Source: Mobula birostris (Eukaryota). From it: DNA of 64,000 nucleotides. The notes under the pieces were generated by a model. That model had not been told where the DNA came from. It ran no database searches and was given only the letters and a program-made list of their open reading frames with translations. The stretch spans positions 100,208,699 through 100,272,698 of the forward strand of contig NC_092382.1 in the NCBI RefSeq assembly GCF_030028105.1, in the 5' to 3' direction. Positions 36,818 to 49,618 of this stretch are shown one piece after another; position 1 is the first letter of the stretch; every line of letters starts with the position of its first letter. The position numbers and the translations under genes were made by a program.

Positions 36818-37493
36818 ATGTTGCTGTTGCTGCAACTGATCCTCTCCTTCCACTGTGAGTGAAATGTGCCAAATATTTATCTATTATTCTCGCTTTCTTT
36901 TCTCATTTGCCTCGCGATCTAACCCATCGGAAGGGATTGTTGTTCGTTCCATTCCAACTGTGCCAACAATTCAATGTCCCCCAGCCTTGAATCTACCTTA
37001 TTGCTTCGCTCTCAATTGCCCCCGGTATCCATGTCTATTCACCCCGTTCCGCTCTTTTATCAGATGACGTCTCGGTGACGTCCTTCCATCTATCTCTTCT
37101 TATCCTTCCATTCAGCTTCGTCCCCACCTCAACGTCGCAATTACTCCATGAACCGCGATTATTCACACTCTTCCCCTTCCCGTCTCTTTTCCAGATGCCA
37201 ACGCGGTGACGATCCACCAGACCGCGGCATTTTCCGCCCGTCCCGGCGAGGCCATGGTGCTGGAATGCACGATAGAGGGTAGCAGCAGCGGCGGTGATAC
37301 TCTCTTCTGGTACAAACAATACCGGGGAAACGGACCCCAGGCCATTTTCTCCTCCAGCATAGCCGACTCCGTGCAGTCCGTGGCCCCAGTGGTCGGCTTC
37401 ACGGCGGAGAGACCGAGCAGCAGCAAGTTCTATCTGAAGTCCTCCGGCCTCCAGGCAAATTCGTCGGCCGTGTATTTCTGCGCCTGGAGATAT
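36818..37493 (+). CDS. TRBV: V gene segment A2 copy 4, chimeric with A1-type upstream region (leader 36818-36854, V exon 37195-37493)
   Basis: Leader MLLLLQLILSFH; open V with CDR1 GSSSGGDTLF and A2-type CDR2. Confidence 0.88.
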
Positions 37494-37532
37494 CACGGCG
37501 ACTCAGAGAGACGGAGAAGTCGAACAAAAACC
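37494..37532 (+). other. 23-RSS of A2-4
   Basis: CACGGCG + 23 nt + ACAAAAACC. Confidence 0.93.
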
Positions 37533-38991
37533 TTACAGCGTTTGTGGGGTTGGCTGTCGTCAGCAGCGGAGGGTATGCGTCGCCTGTTGACACCTGGCAA
37601 CTGACGTCTTCGCGCTTGGCTGCTTGTTCTACTTGCTTTGTGTACTAAAGACATATTATAATTTGCTGATGACACCAGTGACGTTGGCCCAATCAGAGGT
37701 GGTACTAAATGAGCATTTTGATGGACATTGGAAATCCGTCTGAATGGTGCACCAACACAAACACCTCACTCAATGTCATCAAAGCCAATGAGGAGATGAT
37801 TGACCGCAGTAGGAGGAAACTGGAGTTTTATGAGCCACAACATATCAGGAGATCAGACGTGGAGAGAGTCTGCAACAGGAAATTCCTACATATTGTAATT
37901 TCAGTTGATCTGTCCTGCCTCCAACACCTGAGTGCCTTTATAGTGAAGACCCTGTCTCGCATCTTACCGTTTCTCAGCTGCCATCACCTCATCCTGGGCC
38001 TGCCCTCCTCTCCTTTCCGATATGGTCCACTCTCCTCTCCTATCAGATTTATTCCCCTGTATCCCTTTATCATTCGTCCCACCTGGCTTCACCTATCACC
38101 TCTAGCTATCCTCCGAACCCTCCAGACACCTTTTGAATTTTGACGTCTTTCCCCTTTCACTGAAGAGTGGTGTCGGCCGGAGAGTTGACGGATTACCCAT
38201 TCCTATAGATGCTGCATAACCTGATCAGTTCCGCCAGTATGTTCTGTGTGCTGCTTAAAAGGGAATATCAGGGCTCACAGGCAGATAGTTAGGTGGTTAG
38301 GAAGACCGGACTGACTGACAGAGCGACCGATTGCTGAGTGGGACAACCAGAAAGAACAGAGAGTAAGTCAGCGAGAAATGGGTTAAAACATCTGGGAGTA
38401 AGGGAGCGAGGCATCGTAGAGAATGGCGGATGTTCGTTCGGGGAAGTCAGGGCAAATCCAACACTGGAAGATGGAAAGCTACCTTCAGAAAACTACCAGG
38501 GCAGAGAAGCGACTTTAACGAGCTTGGAGGGTGGGGGCGGCGTGGTGACGGAACTAGGAGATGTAAGACCCCACCCACACCACACGCTCACACATCCTCC
38601 CTTTCCCATCGGTCTGACGGCGCAGAAGACTGAAAGCAGCTCCCAGCAGGCGCAGGACAGCCTCAACCCCGACGTTATCAAACTATTGATCCATCAGATG
38701 GACGCTTGACCTCACAGTGACCCTGGCCCGCCTGCACTGCGCTCCTTCCGTAATTACAATACTTTAGTCTGCATTCCGTTATCGTTTCAACTTACTCTAC
38801 CTTGTTTTAGAGAGAGTACGGTTTAATCTCTATGAAACATATGAAAGACTGTTTGTTTTATTTGTGTTGGCAGATGTGAAAACAGAAACTAATTTAACTG
38901 CTCGCGGCAAAACGCTCAGAAATACCGCCCCCGATTGACAGCCGAGGTACCTGCAGCCCAGCTGGGAAATTTGACTGGGTTGAACGCCGAG

Positions 38992-39030
38992 TGTTTTTGT
39001 AGAGCGACGCCCGGTCTTTGCGTCACTGTG
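38992..39030 (-). other. 23-RSS of B-3
   Basis: Minus strand CACAGTG + 23 nt + ACAAAAACA. Confidence 0.95.
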
Positions 39031-40000
39031 AAGACTCCAGGCGCAGAAGTAGACGGCCGACTGGTTCACCCGCTGGAGGGTGGACTTCAGATGGAACTGA
39101 TTGCCGCTCACTCTCTGCGAGGTGAACCCGTTCACCGAGTCCTTCGGGTCGACGTGCTTGCTGTTCAGGGAGTAAAACAGGATATGGAGCTCCCTGCCGG
39201 CCTGCTGTCTGTACCAGTACATCCTGTCGTCGCTGCTGTCCACGGTGCAACTCAGCTCGATCTCTTCCCCGGGCCGTCCCGACACGGCCGCCGGGCTCTG
39301 GTCAACGGTCACCGAGCCGACACCTGGAAAGGAAAGGGGCAGGTGCAGACTGTCAGCAAGGAAGGAGAGTCTGGAAAACGGTGAAAGATAGAATGCAGAT
39401 CTACCGAAAGAAGCAGAGGGGGGCGAGTGAACGGGAAGGGAAGAGAGGGGGAGGAGAGAGTTAGAGGGGCAGAGAGAGCGTCAGTGTGAGAGAGAGTGTA
39501 GCAGAGCGGGTAGTGAGACTCTAAAGACCACAAACAGGGAGAGGAATGGGAAAATGTAACATGGAGAGATACAGGAGAGAGCAGATGTGTACGGATGGAG
39601 GTTAAAAGAGAGGGGGACAGACAGAGAGAATCGAAGGGAATATTGAGAAAGTAGATAAAGGTAGAATAACAAGATGCCAAAAAATAGGGCTGGACGAGTT
39701 AACAAGAGAGAAAAGAGAGGAAGAGACCGGAGGGTATACAAAAGAGCGTTTGATGGAGAGAATAGAGAGAGTTAGATAGAGTGTGTAGGAGAGAGGACGG
39801 ATGGATGGAGCGAGTAAAGATGCGATCGAGATCACACTAGCCGTACTGCGGACGGAGAGAAGACATGAATCGAATTCGTGATCTGAAAATAATAGCGATC
39901 AAGAAAACCCCGCAAAAGCGAAAAAGAGGAAGAACAGAAACGCGGTTGTAAATATTAATTTACATTCAAACCCGAGCACGACTGACAGTAACAGTAACAT
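39031..40000 (-). CDS. TRBV: Inverted V gene segment B copy 3 (leader 40000-39964, V exon 39323-39031)
   Basis: As B-1 with one V-region change (PKVS to PKDS). Confidence 0.9.
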
Positions 40001-40090
40001 CGCTTTTTGGGGTCAGAAGCGGGACCAGAGGAGGACTGACTGAACGGTCCGGTTTACATGTGCGCTTGCGGATGCAGCTGGCTGGACGCG

Positions 40091-40193
40091 CACGTGACCA
40101 CAATCAACCAATCAGAAGCGATATGCAAATCCTTGAGCGTTTCGTCATCCCTGTCAGATATTATTTGTGGAGAATAACTTTAGTTATGCAAAT
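40091..40193 (-). promoter_or_regulatory. Octamer promoter of B-3
   Basis: ATGCAAAT at 40123-40130 and 40186-40193. Confidence 0.7.
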
Positions 40194-40194
40194 C

Positions 40195-40252
<58 letters not shown>

Positions 40253-41829
40253 GCTCTCTCTCTCTCTCCTCCCCACCCACCACACTCAGATTTTCATTTT
40301 CCTTTTTCCCAATCTATCTACTTATCTGTCTATCTGTCTGTCTGCCTGTCTATCTATCTACTTGAAATCTCTCAGCTTTTTGAGACTTTCCGGAGACCGA
40401 AAACCACCAGTTCCTTTGACCTTCCTAACTTCCTGAACGATATACGACGAACCGAGTTTGGCTGTCAACATCCGATTCGGTAAAAAGTAATTTGTGGTTT
40501 TCTGCAATGCAAAATTCTCTCTCCCTTTCTCTCTGTCTCTCTCAAGCTCTCCCTCTCATTCATCCACTCATCCTCTGTCAGTTTATCTGCCGACCCTCGA
40601 GCACCCACACGCAGCTCCTCTCTATCTGTTTCCTCTGCACACCTGGTTTCTGCCTTTCTGACTTCCATCTTTATCTCTTCCTTTCTCTCTACCCTCACTC
40701 TCCTTTCAATCATCCTCTATTGAACTCCGTCCTCACTTTCCTCCCTCACCTGCTCTTCACTTCTCTCCGTGCATCCGAGGCCACGACCTGTCTGATCTGT
40801 CAGGGTCACAGTGAAACCGAGCGGTGCGGCGAGAGAAACGGAAAGATCAGGCGCAGGGCCGTGGCGCTACCGATGACGTCACAGTCCCGCGTCCCGATCT
40901 CTGCCGTTCCACTTGCCGCCGGTGACTCATATCCGGCCTTCTAATGTTTTATACCCCACAGTCGGCGATGGTGCCAGAGGTCAGGGGGCCCTCAGCGGAT
41001 AATTCAATTTGCGGAGGGTTGATATGATTTGCGAGTGAAGACAGAGGCTCTTCCACTATAACGGTTCAGAATTATATAAGTTTGCACAGTGTGTCACACA
41101 CAAGCGCGGACAGGCGGGTGAAGATTTCCGACACTTTGTAGAGTGCTACATCCGTCTCTCTGCACTTCTTGCTCGAGGCCGAGATCACGGCACCGATCGT
41201 TTTGACAGTGTGAAGTTCCATCTTCCAGTAAAACATCCCATCTTCTCGCGTCAGAGATACATTTTGGGGGATGAGAAGGTCCGGGACAGGCGGGGGCGGC
41301 AGGAGGGTGGGATGTAGGAGAACATGAGAGCAGACATGCAAAGCAGAAAATAGAGACTCCCTGAAGCGGCCAGCAGCATCAAAGACCCCATTTACACCCG
41401 ACAGTCTCACTCCCCTCCTCTCCAGTGGGCTGAAGATACAAAGACTGCAACCACGACCCACCAGGCTCAGGCTTCTAACCCGCTGTAATCAGAGTATTGA
41501 ATGATAAGATGGACTCTTATCCTAAACATCTACCTCTCTATCTGTATCTGTAACACTTTATTCTGCATTCTGTTACCGTCCGACCTTGTTCCACCTGGAT
41601 ACTGACATGAGATTTAATCTGCAGGAACCATATGCAAGACGTTTGTTTTCATTCTGTGTTGGTAGATGTGGAAATAAGAATCCAATTTAACTACCCTCGG
41701 CAATTCAGTTTGAGACCCCGCCCCCTCCGGTTGATTGACAGCCGGGAACCCGCAGCCCAATTGGGGGATTTGACTGGGTTGAAAGCCGAGTGTTTTTGTT
41801 AAGCGAAGCCCGGTCTTTGCGGCACCGTG

Positions 41830-42650
41830 AAGACTCCAGGCGCAATAGTAGACGGCCGACTGGTTTGCCCTCTGGAGGGTGGACTTCAGATGGAACTGAT
41901 TGCCGCTCACTCTCTGCGCGGTGAACCCTTTCCACTGATTCCTTCGGGTCGACGTGAGCGCTGTTCAGGGAGTAAAACAGGATCCGCATCTCCCTGCCGG
42001 GCTGCTGTCTGTACTTGTACATCCTGTCGTCAGTGCTGTCCACGGTGCATCTCAGCACGATCTCTTCCCCGGGACGTCCGGACACAGCCGCCCGGCTCTC
42101 GACAACGGTCACTGAACCGACATCTGGGAGGGAAACGGGCTGATGTGGGTGGTCAGCGGGAGTCTGGAAAACGGAGGAAGACAGAATGGAAAGATGCCGG
42201 GAGAAGCACTGGGTTGCAAGCGAACGGAAAGGGAAGAGAGAGTAGGAAGTGAGAAAATTGGGAGGTAGGGTACAGATAAAGGTAAAGGTAGAATGGAGAG
42301 ATGCAGACAAAAGCAGCGAGGTGCCGGTGAAATGGAAGGTGAAGAGAGCGAGAAGGGAGAGAGAGTGAGAGAAGGAAGGCAGGCAGAAAGGCGGGAAATG
42401 AGGACAGAATGGGAGACAGCAGTGACTGACGGTAGAGACGTCAGAAGGAGGCAGAAGCGGGTGAAGCCACCCGTGCGTTTATGAGGACGTAGAGAAGGCC
42501 TGAATCCAAGACATCACAAAAGGGTCGCGAGCTGAAAATAATATCGAGCAAGAAAGCAAAGAAATTTGAAAAAAAAAGTAGGAAATAAAACGCCGTTGGA
42601 AGTAATCATTTACATCCAAACCAGAGCACCGCCGCCAGGAACAACAGCAT
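41830..42650 (-). pseudogene. Family B V pseudogene (leader 42650-42614, V exon 42123-41830)
   Basis: Leader MLLFLAAVLWFG intact; conserved Trp replaced by Lys (MYKYRQ); V exon 294 nt vs 293 nt, i.e. a +1 frameshift near GTG GAA AGG GTT; RSS CACGGTG-23-ACAAAAACA at 41829-41791. Confidence 0.88.
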
Positions 42651-42771
42651 CACGCTTTGGGTTTCCAGAATATGAGCGGGTCCGGAGCAGGACAGGCTGA
42701 ACAGGCATGCGGTCCATTTACCGGTAACCTTGAGGATAGTGTAGGGTGTTGGCGCTCGTGGAGACAATCAG

Positions 42772-42794
42772 CCAATCGGGAACGATATGCAAAT
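42772..42794 (-). promoter_or_regulatory. CCAAT-10 nt-octamer upstream of the B pseudogene
   Basis: CCAAT cgggaacgat ATGCAAAT, same spacing as the intact B genes despite diverged flanks. Confidence 0.6.
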
Positions 42795-42884
42795 CCGAGA
42801 GAGTTTTGTTCCTCCCTCTCTGAGTCCGCATCCTCTCAGCCATTGATAGTGGAAAATAACTCGCGGCCTGCGAATCCGTATCAT

Positions 42885-43080
42885 TTCTCTTTTATCAGGC
42901 CGTCCCAAAAGCCAAATGGCGCGGTACGGTAGTTTTGCACTGTCGAAGCCAACCCTATTGCCTTACCAAGGCAATATTCCGCTATGTCCCATTTCTCCAG
43001 GTAACCCATACGGATACAGCCCCTGTGCTCCTTGACGCGATTTTCCACCGTGCGTCCCGTCTGGCAATGATGCACGATAT
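42885..43080 (-). mobile_element. Penelope-like element GIY-YIG endonuclease fragment
   Basis: QTGRTVENRVKEHRGCIRMGYLEK..AEYC..FWDGLIKE matches the PLE GIY-YIG pattern GQTGR....R.KEH.. Confidence 0.75.
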
Positions 43081-43084
43081 CAGC

Positions 43085-43260
43085 TGGTAGCACTCAATCC
43101 TTTTTCACTGCACTCGTTCAACCTTTTGTACACCTTTCCTGTAGGTGACCAAATCCGCACACAATACACCTTTCCTGTAGGCGACCAAATCCGCACACAA
43201 TACACCAAAGTAGGCCTCATCAATGTCTTATAGAACTTCAACATAACATCCCATCTCCTG
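43085..43260 (-). mobile_element. CR1 LINE fragment with internal 36-bp tandem duplication (43129-43200)
   Basis: DVMLKFYKTLMRPTLVYCVRIWSP homology. Confidence 0.75.
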
Positions 43261-44051
43261 TCTTCTCCGAAAAGTAAGGTGGTTGTACGCTGCTGTCTTG
43301 TGTCCTCCACCACCCCCATGTCTATCTCTGGCAGGCATTCCTGCTGCATCTCTATCGGCTCATCTTTGCACTCCCGATCACCTCCCACGCCTTGAATGTT
43401 GGGTGCCTCGATTGACAGTGGGACTGCGGGGTACGAGAAAAGGACACATATTATGCATGGCGGGAAGTGCTGAGGGAACAGAGGGAGCTCAGAGTACAAG
43501 CGTACGACGCACACCGTGAAGGGTAAGGAGTGTCTAGGGACAGAGGGACCTCGGTGTACAAGGGTAGGACACACACCGTGACTGGTGATGAGTGTCGAGA
43601 TACAGGGGGACCACGGACACACCGTGAATGGTGGGGAGAGTCAAGTGACAGAGGGTCCTCGGGTTGTAAAATTAGGACGCGCGCTATGAAGGCTGGGAAG
43701 AGTCCAGGGACAGGGGGGACTCAGTGAACAAGAATAGCACACGTGTTAGTATTGGAGAGAGGGAGGATATCGAGGTGCAGATCTACGTCAGTTTATAACG
43801 GTAGGAGAAATTTTATGAATGCTGGGGAATATTAGAGCTTGGAGTGATGTCGATTTACAAGTGTTTGTGGCAGGGAGTACACCGGAACAGAGGAACAGTA
43901 GTTCTCGCATACTCTCTCATCTTCCTCCACTACCCCTTCATTTTTGTCCCTGTTTCTCACGCCGTTCCTTTTCACCAGCAGATCATTCCTCCCCCAGCAC
44001 ACAAATTATAACGAAGATGCTGTGACCCGACAGTCGACAGCTGGTTTCGGT

Positions 44052-44065
44052 GCGCCATCTGCAGG
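44052..44065 (-). promoter_or_regulatory. Candidate CTCF site upstream of A3
   Basis: Minus strand CCTGCAGATGGCGC. Confidence 0.6.
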
Positions 44066-44761
44066 TCAATTGATGAATGACAGATCTCAGGGGTATCCGC
44101 AGAGATCAGGGCGCTGTGGTCGGCCCCAGTATTCAGTCCCATCTCCTTTCTTCATGCGCACCGCTACTCTTCATGGTCAGTCAGATTCCGAGATCAGAGT
44201 CTCAGAGACGAACAGATGGACAGATGCAGTGAGAAAGAGGTGAATAAACAGTCGGGGAGAGTGTGTATGTCGAGGAAGCGGCGGGCATGAGGAACAGCAA
44301 GAAGAAACAGGGCAGAAAGAGAGTTTTCTTCGGTCACCATTCAGCCCGATCGGAGACGGGTAATTAGGGACATGTCACAGCAAAGTGGACAGATAGACAG
44401 TCAGTCAAACAGACAATCAGACGGACAGTTATTCTGACAGACAGATAGATAGATCGATTAACGGATGGGCGGAGAGGCACACGGGCCAACATATAGACAG
44501 ACAAACAGTCAAAAGCGGTATGTCACATATGTGGGGAGGGATGTCCAGTAGGAGAGGTAGTGCATCAACTTACAAGTGCAATAGGCAATCAAGGAGTGGC
44601 AGGACAGATATATATATATACAAACGTTTGTATATATATAATTATTGAGTACACGGGTAGATTGGTAGACCGTCGGATGGGACGAACTGATTAGCTCCGA
44701 GACTCGGCGCTGAGTGCAACATCGAGGTCAAACAGGGAGCGAGTCAGCAAGACTGGAACTG

Positions 44762-45383
44762 ATGCAACTGATCCTCGCCTTCCACTGTGAGTGAAAATCG
44801 CTCAATATTTATTCATTATTCTCGCTTTCATTTCCCATTTCCCTCACGATCTAACCGATCGAAATGGACGGGACCCGTCCCATTTCCACTCTTTAACTCT
44901 CTCTTTACAATGTCGCCAGTCCATGTCTATTCACCTCGTTCCGCTCTTTTCCAGATGACATCTCGGCGACGACATTCAATCTATCTCTTCTTTTCCTGCC
45001 ATTCACCTTCGCACCCATCCTTCGTCCCAAATACTCCATGAACCGCGTTTAATCACCCTCTTCCCCTTCCCGTCTCTTTTCCAGATGCCAACGCGCTGAC
45101 GACCCACCAGACCCCGGCATTTTCCGGCCGACCCGGCGACGGCGTGTTGCTAGAATGCACGGTAGAGGCTAGCAGCAGCAGCGGTGATTATCTCTTCTGG
45201 TACAGACAATACCTGGGAAACGGACCCCAGCTCCTTTTCACCTCCAGCATAGCTAAATACGTGCAGCCGCCGGGCCCAGTAGACGGCTTCACGTCAGAGA
45301 GACCGAGTAGCAACGAGTTCTATCTGAAGTCCTCCGGCCTCCAGGCGAACTCGTCAGCCGTGTATTTCTGCGCCTGGAGATAT
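44762..45383 (+). CDS. Open-frame family A V segment (A3) with truncated leader and replaced promoter (short leader 44762-44786, V exon 45085-45383)
   Basis: V exon open, Cys/Trp/Cys intact; only MQLILAFH leader; GC/CCAAT promoter absent; RSS CACGGCG-23-ACAAAAACC at 45384-45422. Confidence 0.7.
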
Positions 45384-47048
45384 CACGGCGACTCAGAGAA
45401 ACGGAGAAGCCGAACAAAAACCTTTCAGTGTGTGTGGGTTTGGCTGTCGTCAGCAGAGAGAGGATATGCGTCGCATGTCGGCACCTGACAAATGACGTCA
45501 CCGCGCTTGGCGTCAAGTAGACAACGGGAAATTGGTATGCGAGACAAAGCTTTGAGAAAATGGTCCTGAGTCGGAATGGGGCACCGAGTGCCACGAAATT
45601 GCAGCTGTTACTTCCATCGTCTCCCCGTAGATTTACATTTCCCTGTCACTTCAGAGTCACAGGCAGCCGAATAAACCACTATAAAATGCAGTCACGCCGG
45701 TCCTTCGTCTTTCCTACACACCTAGCTTCACCCTCCGCCCAGCTTTTTATCCCGGCCCGAAATATCGACAGTTCATTCATTTCTGTAGAAGCAGTCTGAC
45801 CTCCAGCGTTTTATCTGTGTTGTCTGAAAATACATATCTGCGCGCACAGGAAGATTGGTAGAAAGTCTGATGGACTGGACTGACTGATTGAGAGACTGGT
45901 TGCTGAGTACGACAAGGCTAATCGATCTACTAAACTGTAGGTCTTCAGAATTTGGGAGGAAACCGGAGCACCGCAAGGAAAACTGCACCGTGACGGGAAA
46001 AGCTCACAAACTCGCAACAAACAGCTGGGGGAAATAGAACCCGCGTCGCTGGTGCTGTACAGCGTTAGGCTACGTTAGCGCCCCAATTTCTCCTTCTGTC
46101 CCCTACACTCCACCTCTAACCCCCTGTATCTCATTCCTCTCTCTACCTGTAGTCACTCCTCCTGACTAGCCCTCCTCTCTCTTGCTCTCTCTTTCTTTCT
46201 TCAGACTTTTCCCCGAAGTCTTATTCATTCTCTCTCCGTTTCTTCTCTCACTTCTCTCACATCTCTACACGTCTACGTCCCTTAATCATTCCGTCTTTCC
46301 TCAGTACCTCCTGCCTCTCCGCTGCGCAGGCCATTGCGTCTCTCTTAATCTTTTTTCCGTAAATCGTCTACGCTCAATCTCGGGTTCCCTCCTTTTATTC
46401 GCCCTCCCTGCCGAATCTTTTAATGCCGGCCCGGAAAATCGACTCTCATTCATTTTTATAGATGCTGCCTGGCCTGCTGATTTCCTCCAGGAATTTGCGA
46501 GTCCGTTGCTTAAAAATAACTAGCTGGGCACGCAGACAGATAGGTAGACAATCAGATGAACACCGGACTGATTGATAGAGATAATTCATATCGGGGGGAG
46601 AAGGAGAGAGCGAGAGAACGGGAAAGGGGGGGGAGAGGGGGGGAGCGAGGGAGAGAGAGATGGAGGGAAGAAGAGAGAAAGAGGGGAGAGAATGGGGGAA
46701 AGAGAGAGAGAGCAACAATTTCTGACGATGTTACTGATGGGCTCCGATAACGACTCTTATTACAGGTATGAGAATCGATCACCGAGAGAAGGAAAGAGCA
46801 GTACAGAAATCTACCAGGATAGGGAAGCGACTGCAACGAGCTTGGGGGCGGGGGTGGTGGGGGAGGTGCGGAGATTCGGCGGTGCGACTGATACAGGTCT
46901 GCTTTCCGATTGGCCAGAGTGGATGTGGGCGTGGCCTATCCTAACGGCCTATCTCACAGAGATACGTCAGGAGCGAAATGAAAGGCAAAAAATTCATCGC
47001 TGCCATTCTCACCTGTTCCATTACTGAGAGAAGAAGCGCCCCGCAAAC

Positions 47049-47649
47049 ATGTTGCCGTTCCTGCAACTGATCCTCTCCACCCAGCGTGAGTGCAATTTTG
47101 CAAATAGTTATTTATTTTTCTCTCTTTCGTGAACTCTATTCACCTTCCCTCTTTATCTCCCTCCGTTCCAAGTCCCCGCTCGTCAATCGCCCTCATTGAC
47201 TCGTTCTCCTCCACTGCCCCGGATCTTCAAGTTGATTCACCCTAACGCTCTTCTCCGATGCCTTCTGTTCACCTTCCTTCCCCGCTTCTCCAAATTCACC
47301 GCAAAGTGCAATATTCATCCTCTTCCGATTTTTGTCTCTTTTCTAGATGACACTTCAGTGACGATTCACCAGACACCGGCATTCTCCGCTCCTCCCGGCG
47401 CGAAGGTGGTGCTGGAATGCACAGTCGTGGGGATGAACAGCGGCAATACTAATTACCTCTTCCGGTACAGACAATACCGGGGAAACGGACCCCAACTCCT
47501 TTTCACCTCGACCATAACCAAATACGTGCAGCCACCGGGCCCAGTGGACGGCTTCACGGCGGAGAGACCGAGTAGCAACAAGTTCTATCTGGAAGTCCTC
47601 CGGCCTCCAGACGAATTCGTCGTCCGTGTATTTCTGCGCCTGGAGAGAT
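47049..47649 (+). pseudogene. Family A V pseudogene (leader 47049-47085, V exon 47347-47649)
   Basis: Leader MLPFLQLILSTQ; Trp to Arg (LFRYRQ); +1 insertion CTG G AAG shifts the frame before the second Cys; RSS CACGGCG-23-ACAAGAACC at 47650-47688. Confidence 0.88.
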
Positions 47650-48240
47650 CACGGCGACTCAGAGAGACGGAGACACCGAACAAGAACCTCACAGTGTGTG
47701 TGGGGTTGGCTGTCGTCAGCAGAGGAGGGTATGTATCGCATGTCGGCATCTGACTACCGACGTCACCGCGGTTGGCGTCAAGCACCCAATAGGAAATTGG
47801 TATAGGGGACAAAGCGTCGAGGTAATGTCCTGAGTCGGAATGGGGTACCGAGTGCCACGAAATTGCAGCTGTTACTTCCATTATCTCGCTGTAGATTTAC
47901 ATTTCCCTGTCACTTCAGAGTCACAGGCAGCCGAATAAACCACTATAACTAGAGGCATAGTATTCACACGTTGTCCCCCGCCAATCCTTAAACAGCGTCC
48001 ATTCAGTATCACACAGAGATGGAATTAGCAGCAGAAGCCCGTCGAGCATGGGAATTTGTCCAGTCCGACTGGCGGACAGAGAGGGGAATTTGTAGCTGAG
48101 GCTTTTGACTGGAGTGTTCACCGATATTTTTAAGCCCTCGCGTCGGTTCACCGGGGAAGCCATTGGTTCGAGAAAGCTTTAAATATAAAGTCGCTCGAGA
48201 AGAACGTGCTTCCATTCTGAGAGATGGATTTGTGAAAAGG

Positions 48241-48299
<59 letters not shown>

Positions 48300-48959
48300 G
48301 AAAATTTGTTGAGGACTGGAGAGTAAGGGAGAAGAAAATATAATGGTGCCAAATAATCGCAAGCGGTAGAGTGCTAATATTCTCCTCCATCTTGTACGGC
48401 TAATGTGTTGCAGAGCTGAGGGTATTGTGGAAGAGATTTTAAATACTGTATCTGTCTGTACGACGGCTGGGGAGGTTGAATCAGCTCCGGCTTCCCTCTT
48501 CCCATCCCTGCAATGGCGCACAGTCGGTAAATAGAAATATAGATGATAAATCGGTATGTAGGCACATAGATAGATATAAGCATGGATCAAACTTGGGGTT
48601 CCGCGTCGTGCTGCACCTCTGCCCCATCCGCAAAAAGCTTGAATTCGCGGTGCCCAAATATTTTAATTCCAATTCCCATTCCCCTACCACAATTCCGTTC
48701 CATGGCTTTCCTCTGTGCCAAGATGAGGCCACCAGCAAGCAGTAGGAGCAGATCTCATATCCCGTCTCTGTAGTCTCCCTGCTTCACTCTCATTCCACTC
48801 CCCACTCTGGCTTCTGACCTCTTCTCCGCTACTTATCAACTCCTCCTGGATCACTCCTTCATTCCCCTTCTCTCGTGGTCCACTCTACCCTACTGTTAAA
48901 TCCTTTTCTCCCCAGACGTTTATCTTTCCGACCCACCTGACATTACCAAATACCTTGTG

Positions 48960-49262
48960 TTGGCGCGTAGCCAGGTGGTTAAGGCGTTCGTCTAGTGATT
49001 CGAAGGTCGCTAGTTCGAACCTTAGCTGAGGCAGTGTGTTGTGCCCTTGAGCAAGGCACTTAATCACGCATTGCTCTGCGACGACACCGGTGCCAAGCTG
49101 TATGGGTACTAATGCCCTTCCCTTGGACAACATCGGTGGCGTGGAGAGGGGAGACTTGCAGCATGGGCAACTGCTGGTCTTCCATACAACCTTGCCCAGG
49201 CCTGCGCCCTGGAAACCTTCCAAGGCGCAAATCCATGGTCTCATGAGACTAACGGATGCCTA
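48960..49262 (+). mobile_element. tRNA-derived SINE
   Basis: A box TAGCCAGGTGG, B box GTTCGAACC, core GTGCCCTTGAGCAAGGCACTTAA; second copy inverted at 58.3-58.6 kb. Confidence 0.8.
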
Positions 49263-49496
49263 TATGATCATGGATGCCTCCAAATAATCCTACATCCTAG
49301 CTCTCTACCTGTTCAATCTTTCCTTTCCAGTCTCGGAACGTCGACTGTTTATTCATTTCCAAACATGCTGCTTCATCCTTGGGTTCCTCCTGAAATTTGC
49401 GTGCGTTGATGCAACGTGGACAGCTGCAAACACAGGCACAGAGGCGGACAGTCCGATAGACTGATAAAGTGACGGATTGCTGGGGGCGACAACACC

Positions 49497-49618
49497 GAGA
49501 CCGAGTAGCAACAAATTCTATCTGAAGTCCCCCCGGCCTCCAGGTCGATATGTCAGTGTATTTCTGCTCCTGGCGTGATCACGGCGACACGGAGAGACGG
49601 AGACGCCGAACAAAAGCT
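49497..49618 (+). pseudogene. 3' fragment of family A V with RSS
   Basis: RPSSNKFYLKS.. homology, frameshifted, then YFCSWRD and CACGGCG-23-ACAAAAGCT (49580-49618); 5' part missing. Confidence 0.8.

Larger units (their letters stand above)
35105..41070 (+). repeat. Tandem duplication unit 4 (~6 kb, chimeric A gene + B)
   Basis: Module, A2-type gene and B gene; homology ends at ACGGTTCAGA 41061-41070. Confidence 0.85.

Noticed and set aside
41072-41461. 129-aa minus-strand ORF with a protein-like middle (MELHTVKTIGAVISASSKK..)
   Set aside because: Its 5' part overlaps a LINE 3' remnant, and it has no recognisable domain or splice support; a BLAST search would be needed to revive it.
43707-43718. 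GGGACAGGGGGG, 11/12 match to the conserved TRBD1 core
   Set aside because: No 5' 12-RSS or 3' 23-RSS (CTCAGTG without a nonamer); it is a variable G-rich spot of the upstream module.
48961-49030. tRNA-like sequence with A and B boxes
   Set aside because: It is the head of a SINE: no complete cloverleaf, continues into the SINE body, and a second copy lies at 58.3-58.6 kb.
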